35,247 nucleotides of DNA from a virus (lineage: Duplodnaviria > Heunggongvirae > Uroviricota > Caudoviricetes): the IMG/VR virus record IMGVR_UViG_2703719355_000021; one strand, 5' to 3'. Both the position numbers and the translations under genes were made by a program. Under the pieces are notes generated by a model, which saw nothing but the letters and a program-made list of their open reading frames with translations, did no database searches and had not been told where the DNA came from. Positions 18,746-26,720 of this stretch are shown here, in pieces; positions within the stretch are counted from its first letter, which is position 1; every line of letters starts with the position of its first letter.

Positions 18746-19798
18746 TTAGCTGTCGGCGAACTTCAGGCCAGTGACCATCGCGCACTTGCCATAGTCTTCA
18801 ACGACATAAGCGTCATTGATGGACTGGTAGGTGGCGATGCGGTTGTATTCCGGCTCGTCTTTCATCAGGCGACGCATTGAGCCTCTCTGCCAGTAAATTG
18901 ACAGGTTGTTGAATGAGGTGATCAGCATCGTTGCATCCGGGAAGAACGGCGCAAGGAATACATCCAGCCCGCCAATGGTGCGCGATGACAGGATGAGCTG
19001 TCCGGCGAGTAATTCCGCATTGGGATTCTGGCCGCTGATGCTGTTCAGAACGGGCAGACGCAGCGAGTTAAACAGGTTGCGCCCCATAATCACCACAAGG
19101 TCGTCTGCTTCCTTGTGCCATTCATCCAGCAGGGATGAGCGCGCGTCCTGTACCAGTGCATCAGCGTTCGCATACTTACCCGCGTGCGCCACGGTGTTGT
19201 CCATGTTGCGGGAAGTCAGCGTCACGTCATTCATAACGCGTTCGCTGGCGTCGGTTCTGATGTGCTCCAGCCATCCCACGTTAACGTCCTGAAGCAGCTT
19301 GTTGGTGCTGAAATTGGATTTTTCCGCGTGTGATGTGCCGTTAAAGCCGATCATGATGCGGTCAAGCGCCACCTGCCGGGCAATCTGTGTGCTGATGCGC
19401 GACTGAAAATCACTGTGAGCCGCCCAGGCATCAAGCTTCGGATACGAAATAAAGGTGTCGTAGTTCACCTGTTCACACTGGTACTGACGAGCCTTCATAT
19501 CGACAGCGTTGATCGGATTACGGCGATCTGTGCCGTCATAACTGGTATTCGTGCGCGCAATCGGCCCGGTGGTGTCCAGGAGAACTTTTTCGCCTTTCTG
19601 GTCAGTTACACCGATTACGTTAATTCTTTTCGTAAATTCGGTACTTTCCTTTGAAGCGTTTTCAAAACGCTGTTGTACCGATGGATTGACGGTAAATCGC
19701 GATACCAGCGCAGAAACCGGGATATTGTTAAGCGACGCCTGCTGCGTCATGTAGCAGCCCAGCTTGTTACGGGTAATATCTGACATCACCAGATTCAT
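18746..19798 (-). CDS. N: major capsid protein gpN
   Basis: RFTVNPSV...INVIGVTDQKGEK...IMIGFNG aligns with P2 gpN (KFTVEPSV...INIVPVSEMKGEK...IMAGFNG); AAGGAG ribosome-binding site before the first ATG. Confidence 0.95.
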   Translation of the reverse strand: MNLVMSDITRNKLGCYMTQQASLNNIPVSALVSRFTVNPSVQQRFENASKESTEFTKRINVIGVTDQKGEKVLLDTTGPIARTNTSYDGTDRRNPINAVDMKARQYQCEQVNYDTFISYPKLDAWAAHSDFQSRISTQIARQVALDRIMIGFNGTSHAEKSNFSTNKLLQDVNVGWLEHIRTDASERVMNDVTLTSRNMDNTVAHAGKYANADALVQDARSSLLDEWHKEADDLVVIMGRNLFNSLRLPVLNSISGQNPNAELLAGQLILSSRTIGGLDVFLAPFFPDATMLITSFNNLSIYWQRGSMRRLMKDEPEYNRIATYQSINDAYVVEDYGKCAMVTGLKFADS

Positions 19799-19821
19799 AA
19801 AAAATTTGCTCCTTTGTCTTA

Positions 19822-20658
19822 TCAGAAGTCAGCCAGCTGGTCGGAGGCTGCGCCCGTTGCGGTGAAGCGGTTCTGCGGATCGCCGTCCTGCGTGCGCAGT
19901 TTTTCCTTCAGTGCTGTCAGCTCTGTGGTCAGTGACGTGATTTTCTGGCGGTCCTGCTGATGGCGGGTTTCCAGCACATTAAAACGGTCGATAATGTCGG
20001 CCTGTGACGTTGCGACGCCTTCCACCGCTTCCTGAATACGGGAGAAACTGGCGTCATCCGCTTTGCGGCCACGACCAATAATCCCCATTACGCGGTTAAA
20101 CCACTGGGTGCCTTCTTCCTGGCGTTGTTCTGCCATTTCGATGATTTCAGACTCGATGGCTTCGGAGATAAGCGGTGCTTCACCCTGGACACTGTTGAAC
20201 GTCATCACCGCCTGACGTTGCTGTGCCGTGAATTTCAGGCGCTCAGTGCCCAGGCTTGCCGGGGTGTCGGTCATCGCCAGCCCGACCAGATAGGCGCGCC
20301 CGTTAACGGAGAACTGCGGGTGCAGTTCGATACTGGAATAGATTTTCTTGCCGTCAGCGACAAGCTGCTTCATGCGCTCGGTCGGTTCGATTTCTGCATA
20401 CAGCGCAGTACGTCCGGCCAGCGGGCCTTCCGTAATATCTTCCGTACTCAGCGCGGTGACATCGCCCATTGCGGAAAATTCGCTTGACGGGCATGGCGAG
20501 AGATAGTGCTCAACGTTCACGCGGGCAGCGTAAACATCCGGGTTGAAGTTCTCGGCGGCTTCACGCAGATGTACCGGGCTGATTTCGCGGCCATCAACAG
20601 TTGATCCGGAGACAGCCACGCGAAACTTTTTGCGGGATGTCTTTTTTTCATTAGCCAT
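19822..20658 (-). CDS. O: capsid scaffolding protein gpO
   Basis: Internal start MANEKKTSRKKFRVAVSGSTVDGREIS matches the P2 gpO N-terminus; GAGGGG ribosome-binding site. The track ORF starts 11 codons earlier without one. Confidence 0.9.
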   Translation of the reverse strand: MANEKKTSRKKFRVAVSGSTVDGREISPVHLREAAENFNPDVYAARVNVEHYLSPCPSSEFSAMGDVTALSTEDITEGPLAGRTALYAEIEPTERMKQLVADGKKIYSSIELHPQFSVNGRAYLVGLAMTDTPASLGTERLKFTAQQRQAVMTFNSVQGEAPLISEAIESEIIEMAEQRQEEGTQWFNRVMGIIGRGRKADDASFSRIQEAVEGVATSQADIIDRFNVLETRHQQDRQKITSLTTELTALKEKLRTQDGDPQNRFTATGAASDQLADF

Positions 20659-20812
20659 AGTTTTTGCCCCTCTGACTGGTTCTTCAGTCATGATGGCAAA
20701 GCGTAACAGGCTGATACAAAGGGCTTTTGTTGTAAGAAAACGGCCAGAACAGGGGGTTAAGGAGAACGGTTTCGCGCGCGGGTAATCTTCCTGTAATTAC
20801 TCAGGGGGAGCA

Positions 20813-22564
20813 ATGATTCAGGACGCTTTTGTGCGCCAGCGTGCGCGGCAACTTTACTGGCAGGGTTATCCGCCCGCAGAAATATCACGTCTGATGGGAA
20901 TAAACCCGAACACGATTTATGCGTGGAAAAAACGTGACCAGTGGGATGAAACGCCACCCGTGCAGCGTGTCACGCAGTCCATCGATGCGCGCCTCATCCA
21001 GCTTACTGAAAAACAGAACAAAACAGGCGGTGACTTTAAGGAAATAGACCTGCTGACCCGGCAGCTTAAAAAACTGCATGATGGCCAGCCGGATGCGACG
21101 GCCACAGGAAAGAAAGGCCGGGCGAAAAAACTCAAAAATCATTTCACGCCGGAACAGATTGCCGCACTGCGGGAAAAAATCATCAGCAGGCTGGAGTGGC
21201 ATCAGCGGGGCTGGTTTGACTCCCTGACCCTTTGCAGGGAAGCCGGGATACGTAACAGGATGATCCTGAAATCCCGACAGATTGGGGCGACCTGGTATTT
21301 TGCACAGGAAGCACTGCTGATGGCGCTGCGTGACGATGTGGCGCAACCTTACCAGCGTAACCAGATTTTTTTGTCTGCGTCGCGTCGTCAGGCGTTCCAG
21401 TTTAAAAGCATTATTCAGAAGGCCGCGGCTGAAGTTGATGTGGAGCTGAAAGGGGGCGATAAAATCATCCTCTCCAACGGCGCAGAGCTGCATTTTCTCG
21501 GCACTTCTGCTGCGTCGGCACAGTCCTATACGGGCAATTTTTATTTTGATGAATTTTTCTGGGTCAGTCGCTTTGCTGAACTGCGCAAGGTGGCTGGCGC
21601 TATGGCAACCCTCAGCGGACTGCGGCGCACCTACTTCTCCACGCCATCCACCGAAACGCACGAGGCATACGCCTACTGGAACGGCGACCGCTGGAACGAG
21701 AAAAAGGCCTCGCATAAACGCCAGCGTTTTTCTGTGGGCTGGGAAACGCTGCATAACGGGCTTATCTGCCCTGACCGGACGTGGCGGCAAATTGTCACGC
21801 TGGAAGATGTGGTTAATCACGGCTGGAAACACACCGATATTGATGAAATTCGTGATGAAAACACCGAAGACGAGTTCCGCAATCTCTATATGTGTGAGTT
21901 TGTCCGCGAAGGGGAATCGGCATTTAACCTGAATATCCTGATTGGCTGCGGTGTTGACGGATACGACGACTGGAAAGACTGGAAACCTTTTGCTCCCCGC
22001 CCGATGGGGAATCGTCCGGTATGGATTGGGTATGACGCAAACGGCAGCAGTGGCAACGGCGACAGCGGCGCTGTGTCCGTGGTGGTTCCTCCGGCTGTTC
22101 CTGGTGGCCGTTTTCGAACGGTGGAGACGCGACGCGTTCAGGGGCTGGAGTTTGAAGAACAGGCCAGAGTCATTGAAGAGTTCACGTATCGCTACAACGT
22201 GGAACACATCGGCATTGATGTGACGGGTGGGAACGGGGAGGCTGTTTATCAGATAGTGAAACGGTTTTTCCCTGCTGCTATTCCGTACACCTTCACGCTG
22301 TCATCAAAACGGTCGCTGGTACTGAAAATGCTGCAAATAATGCGTGCCGGGCGGTGGGAATACGATCGCGCCGAACGCGAGCTGGTCGCGGCCTTTAACG
22401 CCGTGCGTAAGGTGAAAACACCGGGCGGCTTTATCACTTACGAAACGGACCGCGCGAGGGGGATCAGCCACGGCGACCTTGCGTGGGCAACCATGCTTGC
22501 TGTCATTAACGAACCGATTGGCGGCGAAGGAGAAAACGAGCGTTTCACGGTTATGGAGTTCTGA
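20813..22564 (+). CDS. P: terminase ATPase (large) subunit gpP
   Basis: 583 aa; divergent from O as in P2; Walker-type region (ILKSRQIGATWYF); GGGGGAG ribosome-binding site. Confidence 0.95.
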   Translation: MIQDAFVRQRARQLYWQGYPPAEISRLMGINPNTIYAWKKRDQWDETPPVQRVTQSIDARLIQLTEKQNKTGGDFKEIDLLTRQLKKLHDGQPDATATGKKGRAKKLKNHFTPEQIAALREKIISRLEWHQRGWFDSLTLCREAGIRNRMILKSRQIGATWYFAQEALLMALRDDVAQPYQRNQIFLSASRRQAFQFKSIIQKAAAEVDVELKGGDKIILSNGAELHFLGTSAASAQSYTGNFYFDEFFWVSRFAELRKVAGAMATLSGLRRTYFSTPSTETHEAYAYWNGDRWNEKKASHKRQRFSVGWETLHNGLICPDRTWRQIVTLEDVVNHGWKHTDIDEIRDENTEDEFRNLYMCEFVREGESAFNLNILIGCGVDGYDDWKDWKPFAPRPMGNRPVWIGYDANGSSGNGDSGAVSVVVPPAVPGGRFRTVETRRVQGLEFEEQARVIEEFTYRYNVEHIGIDVTGGNGEAVYQIVKRFFPAAIPYTFTLSSKRSLVLKMLQIMRAGRWEYDRAERELVAAFNAVRKVKTPGGFITYETDRARGISHGDLAWATMLAVINEPIGGEGENERFTVMEF

Positions 22565-23610
22565 TGAGCAGAAAAAATAAAAAAGTGCGCATGAGTTCAC
22601 GCATTGATCTCGCTGATGCGCTCAGGAAAGAATCATCGCTCAGTGCATTCACATTTGATGGTCCTTATCGCCTGACCGGGCATGACCTGCTGGACAATAT
22701 GTACTGTGCTGATAACGGGCGGTGGTATGAAACCCCGGTGGACTGGTACGGTCTGGCAAGAGCCGCCCGGCAAACGTCCTGGCATCAGTCTGCGCTTTAC
22801 TTTAAGCGCAATGTATTGCTCGGTTGCTACATCCCGCACCCGCTGCTTTCCCGGCAGGATTTCTCGGCGCTGGCGCTGGACTGGTTTGTGTTCGGTAACG
22901 CATTCCTTGAGCTTCGAAGCAATATGCTCGGCGAACCGCTAAAATTACGGCACGCCCTGGCGAAATACATGCGACGCGGAAGCGATCTTGAATCATGGTG
23001 GTATGTGCAGGATGGCAAGGATGCGTTTCAGTTTCGCCCAGGCAAAGTGTGCCACCTGATGAATCCTGACATTAACCAGGAAATCTACGGCATGCCGGAA
23101 TATCTCGGCGCATTACTCTCGGCCAGCCTGTCTCATTCGGCGGACATGTTCAGAAAACTGTATTACGACAACGGATCCCACGCCGGGTGCATCATCTACA
23201 TCGGTGCAGCGCAGGTAAACCGCGAAAGCATGGACTCCCTGAAAGAAACGCTACAGGGTGCGCGTGGTGGTGGTGCGTTTAAAAACGTGCTCATTCATGC
23301 GCCCAACGGGGGCAAAGAGGGGGTGCAAATTTTGCCGTTCCAGCAGATCACCGCAAAGGATGAGTTCATGAATGTTAAGGCGGCATCCCGTGATGATGTG
23401 CTGGCTGCGCACCGCGTTCCGCCGCAACTGATGGGGGCGATGCCGGGTGAAAAAAGTGCGTTTGGTGATGTGGAGAAGGCCGCGCGGGTTTACGCAATTA
23501 ACGAGCTGATGCCCGTCATGGAGGCCATGAAGCACATCAATGACTGGCTTGGCGAAGAGGTGATCCGCTTTAACCCTTACGCACTGTTAGACATCCAGCC
23601 CACATCCTGA
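22564..23610 (+). CDS. Q: portal protein gpQ
   Basis: 348 aa immediately after P with an ATGA-type overlap; P2 gpQ-like. Confidence 0.95.
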   Translation: MSRKNKKVRMSSRIDLADALRKESSLSAFTFDGPYRLTGHDLLDNMYCADNGRWYETPVDWYGLARAARQTSWHQSALYFKRNVLLGCYIPHPLLSRQDFSALALDWFVFGNAFLELRSNMLGEPLKLRHALAKYMRRGSDLESWWYVQDGKDAFQFRPGKVCHLMNPDINQEIYGMPEYLGALLSASLSHSADMFRKLYYDNGSHAGCIIYIGAAQVNRESMDSLKETLQGARGGGAFKNVLIHAPNGGKEGVQILPFQQITAKDEFMNVKAASRDDVLAAHRVPPQLMGAMPGEKSAFGDVEKAARVYAINELMPVMEAMKHINDWLGEEVIRFNPYALLDIQPTS

Positions 23611-23636
23611 CGCGCTTCGCTTGTCTGCTGCTTCGC

Positions 23637-23661
23637 CGGGGCATAAAAAATTTATGCCCCG
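23637..23661. terminator. perfect 11 bp palindromic hairpin downstream of portal gene Q
   Basis: cggggcataaa-aaa-tttatgccccg about 27 bp after the Q stop; no clear T-run, so it may be a terminator or a protein-binding site. Confidence 0.45.
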
Positions 23662-24034
23662 ACTCTCCAGCTCCTGTATCAATCAGATAATTTCACGACG
23701 CTTTTCTGCTTATTGCCATCATCGGCGGTCAGACTCTTACGCAATCCCACCGCATTGACTGCATGTTCTCGCCGCCTCAGTGCGATTTTGACGGCCTTAC
23801 CTTTCACCCCATCAAATCAGAATCCCTCACGTATTCTTCACGCTCAGCGTGAGAAATACAGCCATTCTGTTGTGTCGCTGCGACATCGTTCAGGGGATGC
23901 TATTTACCCCCTGAAACGCGGGCTGTTCCCCCGTCACCTGCGCGCAGAAAAAGCGCGTTTTTTTGTGCACGCACGGATCCTTGACGGATCCAGCCGCCAC
24001 GCGGGCCGGAAGGGCAAAAAGTCGTTCAAAAAAA

Positions 24035-24061
24035 TTGTGCAAATTTGTGCACTATTGTGCA
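24035..24061. repeat. three TTGTGCA direct repeats at exact 10 bp phasing
   Basis: attgtgcaa / atttgtgcac / tattgtgcag; a fourth copy about 70 bp upstream (about 23963); lies in the Q-to-accessory gap where cos is expected. Confidence 0.5.
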
Positions 24062-24101
24062 GCAGGGCGATGCGCGATTATCGCCCTGGTTTGAGAGGAA
24101 A

Positions 24102-24641
24102 TCAGGTGTTCTTTTTACCTTCTGTCAGTGGGCATAACCATCCACTATTTACATCACTTAGCTGATGCGTTCTTTCCTCGTGCTTCTCCTGCCACAATGC
24201 TTTTCCGCCAGCCTTTATGATGGCTCTTTCAACATCCCGCTCGTATCGCAAGGGCTGAAATACGTCATTAATGAAATATTCGCTTATGTCCGGAAGCGAT
24301 ACTGCAAAATTATTTGTTTGTTGCGCCGTCCTGCTATGCAGCAAAGCGGCATACTTTAATGCGTCCTGTGCTTTCTGGAATTTAAGTGCATAGTCAGTGG
24401 CGATTTTTTCCAGTTCAGCGATGCGTTTTTTTGCTGTTTCCAGTTCATCCAGCAGTGCCAGCATGTCTTCCGGTCCAGCCAGAATTCTGAAGGTGTTGAT
24501 CGCGTCAATATCCACACCGTAATCTTTAAGTTCCTGTTCGCTTAACAAATCATCATCAACTGGCAATATTAACAGGCGTTCCATTGCCGGAATTGCACGT
24601 TCTGCTGCCATTTGTAGTGCCTGATAGTCAATTTTGCTCAC
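24102..24641 (-). CDS. Ead/Ea22-like family protein (paralogue 2)
   Basis: MSKIDYQALQMAAERA... N-terminus and ALLDELETAKKRIAELE coiled-coil motif typical of Ea22-like proteins; start overlaps the stop of the upstream paralogue (ATGA). Confidence 0.8.
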   Translation of the reverse strand: MSKIDYQALQMAAERAIPAMERLLILPVDDDLLSEQELKDYGVDIDAINTFRILAGPEDMLALLDELETAKKRIAELEKIATDYALKFQKAQDALKYAALLHSRTAQQTNNFAVSLPDISEYFINDVFQPLRYERDVERAIIKAGGKALWQEKHEERTHQLSDVNSGWLCPLTEGKKNT

Positions 24642-25237
24642 TGGCTGCCTCCTTTGCGAAGCTCTGCGGCGAAATATACAGCTGCGGAAACAATAGCTGC
24701 ATGTCGGTATTCATCATCAGAAAATAAAGAATCTCCCTTAAGTGCATTGACGATACTCTGATGATTTTTTGCCAGCATCTCCACGCCCTGCGCCCGTACT
24801 TCAGCCAGAAAAGCGTCGGTGGCTGGGGTTTGTGGCATTCCTCCGTCTGTTGCGCAGATATACGCGTCAGATATTTCATCCTGCTCTCCATCAAATACAT
24901 AGCAACTGCCCCTGATAAACAGCTTCATTGCGGCATTCTCCGCTGCCAGCTCCGTGAAATTAGCCTCCAGCTCTGCAATGCGTTTGCTTTGGGCTTCTCG
25001 TTCATCCAACAGAGCCTGCACTACTTCAGGGTTGAAAGCTGCGATATAACGAGCGTTGTTCTCTGCGTTTTTCTGTTCGTCGAATCCAGGCCAGTCGACA
25101 ATATCTCCGTGATGATTATCTCCTGGTGTGTGCACGGCGTACGTGCCGTATTTGCCCGGCGAAATAAATGCGACCCATTCGCCCTGTGTTGCCTGTTTTG
25201 CTAACTCACGCAGTGCCTGATAGTTGATTTCGCTCAT
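24638..25237 (-). CDS. Ead/Ea22-like family protein (paralogue 1)
   Basis: MSEINYQALRELAKQATQGEW... and ALLDEREAQSKRIAELE; AAGGAG ribosome-binding site. Confidence 0.8.
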   Translation of the reverse strand: MSEINYQALRELAKQATQGEWVAFISPGKYGTYAVHTPGDNHHGDIVDWPGFDEQKNAENNARYIAAFNPEVVQALLDEREAQSKRIAELEANFTELAAENAAMKLFIRGSCYVFDGEQDEISDAYICATDGGMPQTPATDAFLAEVRAQGVEMLAKNHQSIVNALKGDSLFSDDEYRHAAIVSAAVYFAAELRKGGSQ

Positions 25238-25300
25238 TAAGTCGGTCTCCTTGTTTATGTTCTGAGGTGGAGATCAGGGCGAACTCGCCCTGACGTTGTG

Positions 25301-25612
25301 TTATTCGGGAAATAACGCCCGGATATTTCCGGCCATCTGACTGGTTATCTGTGCGGTTGGTGCTGGCTGTGGCACGGGGCGTTCTGTCCTGGTTTGTGTC
25401 ACTGATAACGCCTCGCCATCAGCCCATGCAGCCAGTCGGTAAGCCTCTGCCGGATTCATTTTCAGAAGTGCCAGCCCGGCCAGAAAAGCCACGCGTTGGC
25501 TGCTTTTGCGGGCTTCTGGTGTAAGGCTGTCCAGCCAGGCGCATGCTTCGCTTTCGTTCTTGACGGCGGCGGGCTTCAGATAGAAACTTATCCGTCTGGT
25601 TGGTGTCGTCAT
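25301..25612 (-). CDS. parR: ParR-like centromere-binding partition adaptor
   Basis: Internal start MTTPTRRISFYLKPAAV...LDSLTPEARKSSQRVAFLAGLALL...IRALFPE matches recalled plasmid R1 ParR (RRTIAFKLNPDV...LDSIPQGERSRLNRAALTAGLALY...LRSLFPK); AAGGAG ribosome-binding site embedded in the parM 3' end. Confidence 0.75.
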   Translation of the reverse strand: MTTPTRRISFYLKPAAVKNESEACAWLDSLTPEARKSSQRVAFLAGLALLKMNPAEAYRLAAWADGEALSVTQTRTERPVPQPAPTAQITSQMAGNIRALFPE

Positions 25613-25616
25613 TGGT

Positions 25617-26576
25617 TTACTCCTTGTCCATTGCGTACAGCCCATTAACCAGAGCAAACTGTGGCACCCCGTCCGCGATGAAAGTCGCATTAACTCCGCA
25701 GGCTTCGCGGATAGCGGGTGCCACAATCTCCGCCCCGCCACCGACAACCATCACCCGCCCGTAACCCGAAAAACCCGCCAGTGCGCGGATTACGCGTTGT
25801 TTCAGTGTTTCTTCCTTTTCACGAATAACCGCCATCAGGCTGGCGTAATGCGCGTCATTGTGGATGTGCTGGCGCAGCCAGGCTTCATCATGGCGATGTT
25901 CGATAATGGTATTGGCGATGTGGTGACTGGTACGCATACCGTTAGTGGCCATCACCGACAGTACGGCATCGGCCATCAGGGAAACGCCTACGTGTGGATC
26001 GCAAAACACCTGGCTGATACCTGCCAGTTGTCCCTGAACCTTTGCCACATCCAGCGTGGTTCCGCCTAAATCCACAATCAGCAGGGATTCAAACGGACTC
26101 ATGTCAGCCAGTGCTTTAAAACCAGCCGGTATGGATTCAGGCATAACCCGTACGTTACGGATAGTGAATGCTTTTCCGTTCTGGTACGCCACCGGGCGCA
26201 TGACGTTTGCTTTTTTGCGGTTGATGTTGGCCATGTCCGGCTGTGCGTTTGTGTCGAAATACTCGCTCAGTGGCAGGGTGACAACCACATCCACCTCCTG
26301 TGGCGTGATGCCTGATTTGACCAGCGCGTGATGAATGGCAATGACATTCACATCGCTGTACTGGTATTGCGTGTCGGTCGTCTGGACAAAGCGATCGCTG
26401 ACCGGATCAAAACCATAGCGCACGCCATCAAGCATGTAGTTCGCGGGCTGCGTGCCACCGAACGGCGCAGACCATTCCGACTTGAAGCTGTTCGGGCTGA
26501 TGGCGTTGCGGCGTTCGCCGTTCTCAGTCCATGCCAGCTTGATGTTGGTGGAGCCGTCGTCGATACAAATTCTCAT
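25617..26576 (-). CDS. parM: ParM/StbA-family actin-like segregation ATPase
   Basis: MRICIDDGSTNIKLAW...ISPNSFKSEW...YQYSDVNVIAIHHAL...VDVVVTLPL closely parallels R1 ParM (MLVFIDDGSTNIKLQW...ISPNSFKREW...WQYSDVNVVAVHHAL...); AAGGAAAA ribosome-binding site. Confidence 0.9.
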   Translation of the reverse strand: MRICIDDGSTNIKLAWTENGERRNAISPNSFKSEWSAPFGGTQPANYMLDGVRYGFDPVSDRFVQTTDTQYQYSDVNVIAIHHALVKSGITPQEVDVVVTLPLSEYFDTNAQPDMANINRKKANVMRPVAYQNGKAFTIRNVRVMPESIPAGFKALADMSPFESLLIVDLGGTTLDVAKVQGQLAGISQVFCDPHVGVSLMADAVLSVMATNGMRTSHHIANTIIEHRHDEAWLRQHIHNDAHYASLMAVIREKEETLKQRVIRALAGFSGYGRVMVVGGGAEIVAPAIREACGVNATFIADGVPQFALVNGLYAMDKE

Positions 26577-26605
26577 CTCGATTTTCCTTATGTTGATTAA
26601 TTAAT

Positions 26606-26720
26606 CGTTTACGGGATTCTGAAATCCCGTTTTTGCCTGTTTTGTGCGCGCTTCACATATCGCTGCGCGTTTTTTGCTCATTTACGGGATTTGTGAATCC
26701 CGTTTCTGTCTGTTTTTTGT
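26606..26720. repeat. two ~40 bp direct repeats, each with a palindrome (acgggatt-N5-aatcccgt), upstream of parM: candidate parC centromere/operator
   Basis: cgtttacgggattctgaaatcccgtttttgcctgtttt (about 26606) and catttacgggatttgtgaatcccgtttctgtctgtttt (about 26679), 73 bp apart; the second lies within the last codons of gene A. Confidence 0.5.

Noticed and set aside
20885-22207. 440 aa ORF antisense to terminase gene P
   Set aside because: Entirely embedded antisense within a highly conserved terminase gene; typical shadow ORF of a GC-rich coding region.
23981-24015. GC-rich motif ccgccacgcgggccggaagggc as the cohesive end
   Set aside because: Only about half the positions match the remembered P2/186 19-nt cos sequence; insufficient to call without end-mapping.
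23713-24165. 150 aa plus-strand ORF in the cos-region gap
   Set aside because: Low-complexity translation, no ribosome-binding site, and it crosses multiple palindromes and repeats; the region reads as regulatory DNA.
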